A program made the position numbers and the translations under genes. From a bacterium (GTDB lineage Bacteria > JAMCPX01), in the NCBI GenBank assembly GCA_037439545.1, contig JBBIVV010000009.1, positions 1 through 63,607 of the forward strand: DNA of 63,607 nucleotides, given 5' to 3'. Positions within the stretch are counted from its first letter, which is position 1. The number at the start of each line of letters is the position of its first letter. Below the pieces are notes generated by a model that saw only the letters and a program-made list of their open reading frames with translations, ran no database searches and was not told the DNA's origin. Positions 9,383-18,865 of this stretch are shown piece after piece.

Positions 9383-9493
9383 ACGGCCTCCTTTGTTTCA
9401 ACATAACATATATACATGAAAATTGCATATTGAAATGTACAAATTTATTTATTGCATTTTTATAAATAACAGTGCTAATTTATCCTTGTTTCT

Positions 9494-9580
9494 GGAGAGG
9501 TGTCCGAGTGGTTGAAGGAGCACGCCTGGAAAGCTTGTTGGCGCCAAAACGCCACGTGGGTTCGAATCCCACCCTCTCCG
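9494..9580 (+). tRNA. tRNA-Ser(GGA)
   Basis: GGAGAGG/CCTCTCC acceptor stem, CTGGAAA anticodon loop, long variable arm, GTTCGAATCC; CCA not encoded. Confidence 0.92.
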
Positions 9581-9626
9581 TATCATTTATCTCTTCTTTA
9601 CACTATGCAGCTATAAGTGAGATTAA

Positions 9627-9867
9627 CCCGAAAAATGCAATTGGGAAATTTGCTCATTCGCTCAATCCTGCGATCCACCTAAACTATAAAGTGGTTTTGT
9701 TATTTGTGATTTTCAAGTCCTCTGTAAGTTTATATGCACGCACCAGTAGCAGTTGTTCTATCGCTATTCGAAGAATACCTTTGTTTGACGCAGCGACCCT
9801 TCCCGTATCGGGTGGGTACCCCTCGCTCATAGCTCAAACATCCCTATTTACAAATGCATTTTTCAGG
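9627..9867. mobile_element. 241-bp MITE, family B, with TIRs and TTAA flanks
   Basis: Left TTAA|CCCGAAAAATGCAATTG, right CAAATGCATTTTTCAGG|TTAA; internal stem-loop at 9782-9840; the same end recurs at 60756-60771. Confidence 0.7.
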
Positions 9868-11358
9868 TTAAGGAGATGCCCTCATTATATTTATCTTGAG
9901 CCTGCCTACGACCCCGAGAATGTCCATCCAGTTGGTCAGGTCGCCGCTTGCAAGTATGATATGTGTGGCATCGGCAGGGAATTCACCAAATGTAGGGTCA
10001 ACAGGTACCCACCCGTCGAGATAAACAAGCGGCCATGCATGGTAGTAGAAATATCCATCACTCATCAATACAACGCCCATTGCCATCTTCGTCGGAATGC
10101 CGGCTGATCTTGCGAGTGCCGTAAACAGTATGGTATGTGCCTTGCAATCGCCCTCAGGGTTTTTGAGCAGGTCTATGGAACGCGGCAGTGCAACGGTAAA
10201 ACTGTCTCTGACATGTGAATACACCCACTGATTGATCAGCTCTACGGCCTTTTGAGCATCCGTCTCGCCGTGCAGTATGGATTTTGCAGTGTTGATAATA
10301 TCCTGATTGTCTGCATTGATCAGCGAAGAACTCTTAAGCTCCTCTTGCACAGTCAGTCCGTGTATATTTTTTGTGCCTTTATACGGCAGCCTGTAGGTGC
10401 CGATATCCTGTGGCTGCCGGATAGTGATGAGGCTGCCCTGCTGTGTCTGGAATTTAAATAAGGGCAATGTTTCCCTGTCCGATATACCTGCAAGGTAAGC
10501 TTCTAAATATCTTGTACCCGCCGGATGCGTTACCTGCAGCCCTGCCGCCCTGATTGCAGTCGATGAGATAAGATCGACCGGCTCGTTGCCCCATCCCTTT
10601 GTGAGTGCCACGGTCTTTGGTTCGAGTACAGCCCTGAAACCAAGAGGGCTTATTTCTTCCACGGTCTCCCCCTGTGGTGTGACCCACATAGTCTCTTTCA
10701 TGTCCTTTATATTGACCTCGAGCTTGAAGGTATCAACAGGACTGTTCATTATGTTTCTCGATTCCTTGCCAAGTACCTTCACATAAACGGGTAATTCCTT
10801 TTGTATGGTTGGATCAAATATGTGGAAGTTGTATTCAGCCCTGCCGAAGCCGTCTTTCACAATCCGCATGACAATGCCGTCCGGACTCATTACGGGTCCT
10901 TTTAAAGGGATCTGTTGTCCGGTTTCCCCTCCAGGACCTTTAAGATTGATAGAGAGTATGTTGTCCTTAACCTTACCGGCCGCAGCTATTTCTATTGACG
11001 ATGTTTTCAAAGAGAAATCTATGCTTTTTAAGAAGTAATCCCTGTCTGTCGTTGAATCTGCTATTGTCGTTATATCCTTTTGCTGTCCCATAAGCATGAT
11101 CCTCATGAACGTCCTTGTTTTAAAAGTAAACCCATTACCCGACGGCATTATCTCTTCATAATCGTAGCCTATCTTTTTGTTTCCCATGTAAAGTCCCATC
11201 CATTCCGATACAGTGGTTATTTCAGATTTCACTCCGGACGGAGCGGGTGCGAATGTTTCTTCATGCTTTGATCGCAACAGATACACTATACTGACTACCC
11301 ACATAACGCCTATGATTGAGTAGAGAATAATCTTGAACGGTTTTTTGTTCATCTCCAT
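9868..11358 (-). CDS. Membrane-anchored transglutaminase-like domain protein
   Basis: N-terminal TM helix; C-terminal GDCKAH, YHAW and VPVDPT catalytic triad pattern. Confidence 0.88.
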   Translation of the reverse strand: MEMNKKPFKIILYSIIGVMWVVSIVYLLRSKHEETFAPAPSGVKSEITTVSEWMGLYMGNKKIGYDYEEIMPSGNGFTFKTRTFMRIMLMGQQKDITTIADSTTDRDYFLKSIDFSLKTSSIEIAAAGKVKDNILSINLKGPGGETGQQIPLKGPVMSPDGIVMRIVKDGFGRAEYNFHIFDPTIQKELPVYVKVLGKESRNIMNSPVDTFKLEVNIKDMKETMWVTPQGETVEEISPLGFRAVLEPKTVALTKGWGNEPVDLISSTAIRAAGLQVTHPAGTRYLEAYLAGISDRETLPLFKFQTQQGSLITIRQPQDIGTYRLPYKGTKNIHGLTVQEELKSSSLINADNQDIINTAKSILHGETDAQKAVELINQWVYSHVRDSFTVALPRSIDLLKNPEGDCKAHTILFTALARSAGIPTKMAMGVVLMSDGYFYYHAWPLVYLDGWVPVDPTFGEFPADATHIILASGDLTNWMDILGVVGRLKINIMRASP

Positions 11359-11487
11359 ACGACAAAACTACACACTGACGGGTATACAGTCAACCCTGAT
11401 TGAAGCTTTTGACCAGGCGTGCGTGCTCACGGGGTAAAATCGATAAATAACATTGATCACTTCATTTCTGTGTGGGATACTGCATAT

Positions 11488-12624
11488 ATGGAAAGATCAA
11501 GTCCGACAATTATAAAACAACGTGTTGCTTTAAGCTCCGTGGTAGCGAGTGTATTCTTGATAGTCATAAAGCTGGCGGTAGGCCTCATGACAGGTAGTCT
11601 CGGCATTATTTCTGAGGCCATTCATTCGATGCTTGACCTCGGCGCAGCACTCCTTACCTATTTTGCCGTCCGTGTTTCCGACAAGCCCGCTGACGGAGAA
11701 TACAACTATGGGTACGGCAAGTATGAAAGCCTGTCAGCACTGATAGAAACAGGACTGCTCATTGTGACCAGCGTATTGATTATATACAAGGCTGTCGTAA
11801 GATTGTTTGTCGCCCCTGTCGATATAGAAGTAAATGTGATGTCATTCGGTGTTATGATTCTTGCCATCATAGTCGATGCATCAAGGTCAAAGCTTCTTTC
11901 AAAGACGGCAAAAAAATACAACAGCCAGGCACTTGAGGCAGATGCCCTGCATTTTTCAAGTGATATTTTGAGTTCCTCGGTTGTTATTATCGGCTTGATA
12001 AGCACGAGACTTGGTTTTCCGGAGGCTGATCCGGTTTCAGCTATGATTGTTGCAATGCTTGTTCTTATAGCGAGTTATAGACTGGGCAGGAAAACAGTCA
12101 TTATCCTGCTGGATAAAGCGCCTGAAGGGCTTGCAGAAAAGATAAAAGCAAATGCCATGAAGATCAGCGGTGTGACAGGGGTCCATAATATAAGGATTAG
12201 ACACAGCAGTACCAAAATGTTTATCGATATGCACGTTAATATACAGGAAAGTCTGCCGTTTAAGCAGGTTCATGACATTACAGAAAGGATTGAACATGAC
12301 CTTTCTGAACTTGGCTACGATGCAGATGTGGTAATTCATGCAGAGCCGGATGATGATGCTGAAGGATATAAAAGTATTGAAGGCATGATGCAATCGGTAC
12401 CCCGTGTATCCATCGCCGATATAATAAAATCACATGGTGTTAAATTTCACGATCTCATAATACGGCATGCTGCAAAGAGATACATGATAGATTTCCATCT
12501 TGAACTTCCGAAGAACCTTTCTGTCGAGCAGTCTCATAGGATCTGCGATGTATTGGAAGACGACATCAATCGTTCGGTTCCCCATTCGATAGTAAACATC
12601 CATGTAGAACCGCTGCATAAATGA
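11488..12624 (+). CDS. Cation diffusion facilitator (FieF-like) with tandem C-terminal dimerisation domains
   Basis: SEAIHSMLD and ADALHFSSD metal sites, YGYGKYE; two domains ending IHAEP and IHVEP; ATG 11488 preferred over GTG 11419. Confidence 0.9.
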   Translation: MERSSPTIIKQRVALSSVVASVFLIVIKLAVGLMTGSLGIISEAIHSMLDLGAALLTYFAVRVSDKPADGEYNYGYGKYESLSALIETGLLIVTSVLIIYKAVVRLFVAPVDIEVNVMSFGVMILAIIVDASRSKLLSKTAKKYNSQALEADALHFSSDILSSSVVIIGLISTRLGFPEADPVSAMIVAMLVLIASYRLGRKTVIILLDKAPEGLAEKIKANAMKISGVTGVHNIRIRHSSTKMFIDMHVNIQESLPFKQVHDITERIEHDLSELGYDADVVIHAEPDDDAEGYKSIEGMMQSVPRVSIADIIKSHGVKFHDLIIRHAAKRYMIDFHLELPKNLSVEQSHRICDVLEDDINRSVPHSIVNIHVEPLHK

Positions 12625-12697
12625 ACGAAATAATTATTACGATTTGTATATGATAACAGAAAGTGATAAATTATTGCCCGGACTTAAGGAGGTAGTT

Positions 12698-12976
12698 ATG
12701 ATTACGGCATTTGTTCATATATCATGTAAGCCGGAGAAACTCGAGGAACTTGCTGAAGGTATTTCACAGATAGACGGAGTCACTGAAGTTTACTCCATTA
12801 CCGGTGATTATGACCTGCTTGCTATCGTAAGAGTTGCAAATATAGATGAGCTTCCCGGCATAGTCACGAATAATATGCTCAAGAAAGACGGCATAACGAG
12901 GGCAAACACCTCGGTCGGTTTTAAGGTGTATTCGAAGCACAACCTTGACGCAATGTTTTCAATAGGTCTGGATTGA
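12698..12976 (+). CDS. Lrp/AsnC ligand-binding (RAM) domain protein without HTH
   Basis: MITAFV...EVYSITGDYDLLAIVRV; AAGGAGG SD before ATG 12698. Confidence 0.85.
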   Translation: MITAFVHISCKPEKLEELAEGISQIDGVTEVYSITGDYDLLAIVRVANIDELPGIVTNNMLKKDGITRANTSVGFKVYSKHNLDAMFSIGLD

Positions 12977-12980
12977 CGAC

Positions 12981-13733
12981 ATGAAGATAGGCAGATGTCT
13001 TGTGTCCGGGGAAGAACAGTATTGCGTAGTTGATGACCATGAAGTTCATGTACTGTCAGCACCTCCGTTTCAGGACATTGTGTATAGCGGGACAGTTATT
13101 GAGAAAAACGATGCTCGGCTCCTGCCGCCTGTTACACCATCGAAGATAGTTGCCATCGGGCTCAACTACAAGGCACATGCAAAAGAATTCGGCAAGCCAA
13201 TGCCCGATGAGCCGCTTATTTTTATAAAGCCGGCCACTGCAATTATCGGTGACGGGGATGATATCGTATATCCTGAAATGTCAAAGCGTGTCGATTATGA
13301 AGGCGAACTCGCCGTGGTCATAGGCAGGGAGGCAAAAAAGGTAAGCGTGGATCTCGCGGGCGAATATATATTTGGTTATACCATTATGAATGATGTAACC
13401 GCGAGAGATCTTCAGGCAAAGGACGTTCAGTACACGCGGGCAAAGGGATTTGATACATTTGCGCCGATAGGCCCGTGGATAGAAACGGAACTCAACCCCG
13501 GTAACCTCTCTATAAGGACGTATGTAAACGGCATCCTGAAGCAGGATGGAAATACCTCTGATATGCAATTCACAATTAATTCTATTATCCATTTTGTTTC
13601 TCAGATAATGACACTTTTACCGGGAGATGTTATTTCTACAGGTACTCCCCCGGGCATAGGTCCTGTAAATAGAGGAGATACTGTGGAAGTAGAGATTCAA
13701 AGTATAGGCAGACTGCGTAACAAAGTAGTATAA
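12981..13733 (+). CDS. Fumarylacetoacetate hydrolase family protein
   Basis: KIVAIGLNY, DYEGEL, NDVTARDLQ, AKGFDTF, PGDVISTGTP motifs. Confidence 0.93.
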   Translation: MKIGRCLVSGEEQYCVVDDHEVHVLSAPPFQDIVYSGTVIEKNDARLLPPVTPSKIVAIGLNYKAHAKEFGKPMPDEPLIFIKPATAIIGDGDDIVYPEMSKRVDYEGELAVVIGREAKKVSVDLAGEYIFGYTIMNDVTARDLQAKDVQYTRAKGFDTFAPIGPWIETELNPGNLSIRTYVNGILKQDGNTSDMQFTINSIIHFVSQIMTLLPGDVISTGTPPGIGPVNRGDTVEVEIQSIGRLRNKVV

Positions 13734-13869
13734 GAGATATTCTGCGTTAACCCAAAGAAAGACAATTGGGGATCCACATGATTGGCAAGTTCTCCAAACT
13801 GAGGTAAAAGTATTAAAGAAATCATTTGACATTTATTTTTCATATGTTAATAACAAAAATTTACAATGA

Positions 13870-13942
13870 GCTAGCGTAGCTCAATTGGTAGAGCAGCTGA
13901 TTTGTAATCAGCAGGTTAAGGGTTCGAGTCCCCTCGCTAGCT
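13870..13942 (+). tRNA. tRNA-Thr(TGT)
   Basis: Cloverleaf with anticodon arm GCTGA-TTTGTAA-TCAGC. Confidence 0.95.
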
Positions 13943-13979
13943 TTGTAAATTTATTGTAATTATAGTATGTTATACATGG

Positions 13980-14064
13980 GGAGAGGTGCCCGAGTGGCTA
14001 AAGGGAGCAGTCTGTAAAACTGCCGGCCATAGCGCCTACGAAGGTTCGAATCCTTCCCTCTCCA
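13980..14064 (+). tRNA. tRNA-Tyr(GTA)
   Basis: Anticodon arm GCAGT-CTGTAAA-ACTGC, long variable arm. Confidence 0.95.
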
Positions 14065-14107
14065 TTGATTTTAACATTGATTTTATTTGACTTTTATGTT
14101 TTTTTAA

Positions 14108-14180
<73 letters not shown>

Positions 14181-14183
14181 TAT

Positions 14184-14256
<73 letters not shown>

Positions 14257-14326
14257 AAAAAAAGTATGAACTATTGAACTATGTTAATAAATTGTGTGAA
14301 CCATTTTTAAGGAGGTAGAACTAAAG

Positions 14327-15517
<1,191 letters not shown>

Positions 15518-15547
15518 AAAAGCAGGACGTTAACTGGAGAAAGAAAC

Positions 15548-15697
15548 ATGAGAACAATGATAATACTGGCATGCACGGAATGTAAAAATAGAAATTATAC
15601 GAGCGAAAAGAACAAGAAAAATACACCTGATAGGATTGGGCTGAAGAAGTACTGTCCGCACTGCAGGAAACATACCTTGCATAAGGAGACGAAATAG
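15548..15697 (+). CDS. rpmG: 50S ribosomal protein L33 (zinc-ribbon type); absent from the ORF track
   Basis: [49 protein letters not shown]. Confidence 0.97.
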   Translation: MRTMIILACTECKNRNYTSEKNKKNTPDRIGLKKYCPHCRKHTLHKETK

Positions 15698-15768
15698 GTC
15701 AGTAGCTCAATTGGTAGAGTACCGGTCTCCAAAACCGGTTGTTGGGGGTTCGAGTCCCTCCTGACCTG
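15696..15768 (+). tRNA. tRNA-Trp(CCA)
   Basis: AGGTCAG/CTGACCT acceptor stem, CCGGT-CTCCAAA-ACCGG anticodon arm. Confidence 0.95.
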
Positions 15769-15789
15769 AATTTATAAGGGAACATAGTT

Positions 15790-15993
15790 ATGGAAAATAA
15801 AGTAAATTTTACAGAACGGGTGAAACTTTTTTATAATGAAGTGGTTACTGAGTTAAAAAAGGTTACGTGGCCCACGAGAAAACAGGTTTCAACATCAACG
15901 GTTGTCGTTATAGTCGTTGTGTTTTTGACAGCTCTATATCTTAATATTGCTGACCTGGGCTTTAGTTATATCATGAGTATAATATTCAGATGA
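15790..15993 (+). CDS. secE: Preprotein translocase subunit SecE
   Basis: ELKKVTWPTRK plus one TM helix. Confidence 0.96.
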   Translation: MENKVNFTERVKLFYNEVVTELKKVTWPTRKQVSTSTVVVIVVVFLTALYLNIADLGFSYIMSIIFR

Positions 15994-16523
15994 AGTGGTA
16001 CGTTGTTCATACATATTCGGGTTATGAGGAGAAGATAAAGGATGCCCTTCTTACAAAGATTAAGGGTATAGGGAAAGAACATTTGTTTGGCAACATACTT
16101 GTTCCGCAGGCTGATGTGATTGAAATAGTCAATGGTGTAAAGAAGAAATCAAAGCAAAAATTCTTTCCAGGGTATATACTAATACAGTTAGAACCAACTG
16201 AAGAAGCATTTCACATCGTTAAGTCAACACCAATGGTTACAGGTTTTGTAGGAGGAGGGAAAGATATCAAATCCATACCTTCTGTTCCCGATGAAGAGGT
16301 TAACAGGCTGATATCAGAGATTCAGGAGAGAACGGCAAAACCAAAGCCAAAGCTGTCCTTTGAAAGTGGTGAAAGTGTACGAGTTGTAGATGGGCCCTTT
16401 GCGAGCTTTAACGGAATAGTCGAGGAAGTAAAAGCAGATAAGGGAAGATTGAGAGTGCTTGTCAGTATATTCGGCAGATCAACGCCTGTTGAGGTTAACT
16501 TCAATCAGGTGGAGAAAAATTAA
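15990..16523 (+). CDS. nusG: Transcription termination/antitermination factor NusG
   Basis: WYVVHTYSGYE, FFPGY, KOW domain DGPFASFNG. Confidence 0.98.
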   Translation: MKWYVVHTYSGYEEKIKDALLTKIKGIGKEHLFGNILVPQADVIEIVNGVKKKSKQKFFPGYILIQLEPTEEAFHIVKSTPMVTGFVGGGKDIKSIPSVPDEEVNRLISEIQERTAKPKPKLSFESGESVRVVDGPFASFNGIVEEVKADKGRLRVLVSIFGRSTPVEVNFNQVEKN

Positions 16524-16535
16524 AGGAGTTACGAA

Positions 16536-16961
16536 ATGGCTAAAATCGGAATTGCGAAGGTTAAATTGCAGATACCGGCTGGTAAGGCTAATCCAGCCCC
16601 GCCTGTTGGACCTGCACTTGGCCAGCATGGTGTGAACATAATGGAGTTCTGCAAGGCATTCAATGCGAGAACGTCCAAGGTGCAGGAAGGCTTGATTATA
16701 CCTGCGTTAGTGACTATCTACTCAGACAGAACTTTTTCTTTTATTACGAAAACACCGCCCGCATCGGTATTGATAAAACTGGCTATAAAATTGGAGAAGG
16801 GATCAGGTGATCCTAAAAGAAATAAAGTGGGAAAGATCACAAAAGCTCAGGTTCTTGAAATCGCAAAACAAAAAATGGTGGATCTCAGTGCCTATGATGT
16901 TGACAGCGCTGCCAAGATAATAGAGGGCACCGCAAAAAGTATGGGTATAGAAATTATTTAA
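16536..16961 (+). CDS. rplK: 50S ribosomal protein L11
   Basis: [23 protein letters not shown]. Confidence 0.99.
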   Translation: MAKIGIAKVKLQIPAGKANPAPPVGPALGQHGVNIMEFCKAFNARTSKVQEGLIIPALVTIYSDRTFSFITKTPPASVLIKLAIKLEKGSGDPKRNKVGKITKAQVLEIAKQKMVDLSAYDVDSAAKIIEGTAKSMGIEII

Positions 16962-16972
16962 GGTAATGTATA

Positions 16973-17659
16973 ATGAAAAAACATGGTAAAAAATATAGTG
17001 AAGCAGTAAAACTCGTTGATCCGAACAAGGTCTATGAGTTTAAAGATGGTGTAGAACTGATAAAAAAGCTGCAGGGACCGAAATTTGACGAAACCGTAGA
17101 ACTGTCTGTCAATCTTGGCATAGATACAAAACAAACCGATCAAAACATAAGAGGCACCGTGGTTCTGCCGTACGGACTCGGAAAGCAGGTTAAAGTCCTT
17201 GTATTTACAAAGAATGAAAAGGAAGCATTAAGTGCTGGTGCTGATTATGCGGGTTCTGAAGATCTTGTCAGCAAGGTCCTTGGCGGATGGCTTGATTTTG
17301 ATACTGTTATCGCAACCCCTGATTTAATGGGTATCGTGAGTAAGCTCGGTAAAATCCTCGGCCCAAAGAAACTCATGCCGAACCCAAAGCTTGGTACGGT
17401 AACAATTGAGATTGCAAAGGCGGTAAAAGAGGCGAAGGCCGGCAAGATAGAAATAAAGAATGACAAGGGTGGAGTAGTTCACACTGTTCTGGGGAAGAAA
17501 TCATTTTCAGAGGACAAACTGACAGAGAATTTTGATGCGGTAATGGAAAAATTTAAATCTATGAAACCTGCTACAACCAAGGGGCAGTTTTTAAAGAGTG
17601 CGTATATATCCACGACCATGGGTCCAAGCGTGAAGCTTGAGATTTCCCGTTATCGATAA
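16973..17659 (+). CDS. rplA: 50S ribosomal protein L1
   Basis: KFDETVE, MPNPKLGTV, STTMGPSV. Confidence 0.99.
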   Translation: MKKHGKKYSEAVKLVDPNKVYEFKDGVELIKKLQGPKFDETVELSVNLGIDTKQTDQNIRGTVVLPYGLGKQVKVLVFTKNEKEALSAGADYAGSEDLVSKVLGGWLDFDTVIATPDLMGIVSKLGKILGPKKLMPNPKLGTVTIEIAKAVKEAKAGKIEIKNDKGGVVHTVLGKKSFSEDKLTENFDAVMEKFKSMKPATTKGQFLKSAYISTTMGPSVKLEISRYR

Positions 17660-17691
17660 TGAATAGATGAGAAATTGATGGAGGTTTCTTT

Positions 17692-18216
17692 ATGAATAAA
17701 CAATCAAAGAGTGAGATCGTTTCTGATATAAGGGAAAGAATATTAAAATCGAAGGCTATTTTTATAACGGAATATAAGGGCTTGAAGGTTGGCGACCTTA
17801 CCAACTTGAGAAGGGAACTGCGTGCAAAGAAAGGGGACCTTAAAATTATCAAGAATACTCTTTTCCTCCTCGCAGCTCAAGGTATCCTGCCTGAGACGGA
17901 CAAGGAGCTGCTCGTAGGTTCAACAGCGGTCATGTTTGCATACGATGATCCTTCCGTTATCGTAAAGCAGATAGTAGGATTTTCAAAAAATAATCCGTTT
18001 TTGGTCATTAAGGGCGGCATAATAGATAATAATATTGTACGGGCTGAAAAAGTCATTTTATTTTCAACTTTGCCTCATAAGAATGTGCTGGTGAGTATTC
18101 TTTTGAATACAATAAATGCACCGATGTCGAGGCTCGTATATGTAATCGCTTCACCCATATCGGGATTAATAACAGTACTGAATGGAATAATACAAAATAA
18201 ACAAACAAAAAATTAG
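17692..18216 (+). CDS. rplJ: 50S ribosomal protein L10
   Basis: EYKGLKV..LTNLRRELR, IKNTL; synteny. Confidence 0.96.
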   Translation: MNKQSKSEIVSDIRERILKSKAIFITEYKGLKVGDLTNLRRELRAKKGDLKIIKNTLFLLAAQGILPETDKELLVGSTAVMFAYDDPSVIVKQIVGFSKNNPFLVIKGGIIDNNIVRAEKVILFSTLPHKNVLVSILLNTINAPMSRLVYVIASPISGLITVLNGIIQNKQTKN

Positions 18217-18223
18217 GAGGTAG

Positions 18224-18655
18224 ATGATGACTACAAATGAAGGACTTGCTCAAAAAGAGGTAACACTCACCAAAGATGAAATCCTGTCTGCTATAGCCAA
18301 GATGAATGTCATGGAACTTGCAGAACTGGTAAAAGCATTGGAAGATAAATTTGGTGTTAAGGCTGCTGCAATGCCGGTAATGGGGGCAACGGCTCCTGCG
18401 GCTGCACAGGGCGATGCGAATGCACAGCCTGCTGCAGAGGAGAAGACAGAGTTTACGGTAACTTTAACAGCTGCCGGCGCTGAAAAGATCAAGGTTATTA
18501 AGGAAATCAGAGTAATAACAAATCTCGGATTAAAGGAAGCAAAGGAACTCGTCGAAGGTGCTCCAAAAGTAGTTAAAGAGGGTGTATCAAAGGATGATGC
18601 TGCTAAAATAAAACAACAGCTTGAAGCAGCAGGAGCAAAGGTAGAGGTTAAATAA
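18224..18655 (+). CDS. rplL: 50S ribosomal protein L7/L12
   Basis: [27 protein letters not shown]; short N-terminal extension. Confidence 0.98.
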   Translation: MMTTNEGLAQKEVTLTKDEILSAIAKMNVMELAELVKALEDKFGVKAAAMPVMGATAPAAAQGDANAQPAAEEKTEFTVTLTAAGAEKIKVIKEIRVITNLGLKEAKELVEGAPKVVKEGVSKDDAAKIKQQLEAAGAKVEVK

Positions 18656-18674
18656 ATAGTCAAAACATATCATT

Positions 18675-18789
18675 TGTTATTCTGAACGAAGTGAAGAATC
18701 TCATAGTCACGATGATACCTCTTCACCCCTCCCTCAATCAGGGGGAGGAAGGGTGAATGAGATTCTTTGGCTTCAGTTCTGCAATGATA
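18675..18789. repeat. REP-like nested stem-loop between rplL and rpoB
   Basis: Outer arms TGTTATTCTGAACGAAGTGAAGAATCTCAT / ATGAGATTCTTTGGCTTCAG enclose TTCACCCCTCCCTC...GGGGGAGGAAGGGTGAA; outer arms resemble the core of the 161-bp element. Confidence 0.6.
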
Positions 18790-18865
18790 ATAATACACTA
18801 TCTTCCAGAAATGGAGAGGTGTATTTTGATTTATTATTTTATTCCTGTGGGAGGTAAATAATACT

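Noticed and set aside
9472-10107. 211-aa + strand ORF
   Set aside because: Runs through tRNA-Ser, a MITE and antisense to the transglutaminase-like gene; no recognisable motif.
13826-13853. TTGACA upstream of the tRNA cluster (similarly at 27127 before rpsL)
   Set aside because: The -35 is perfect but no clean -10 at 16-18 bp could be assigned, so it is not listed as a feature.
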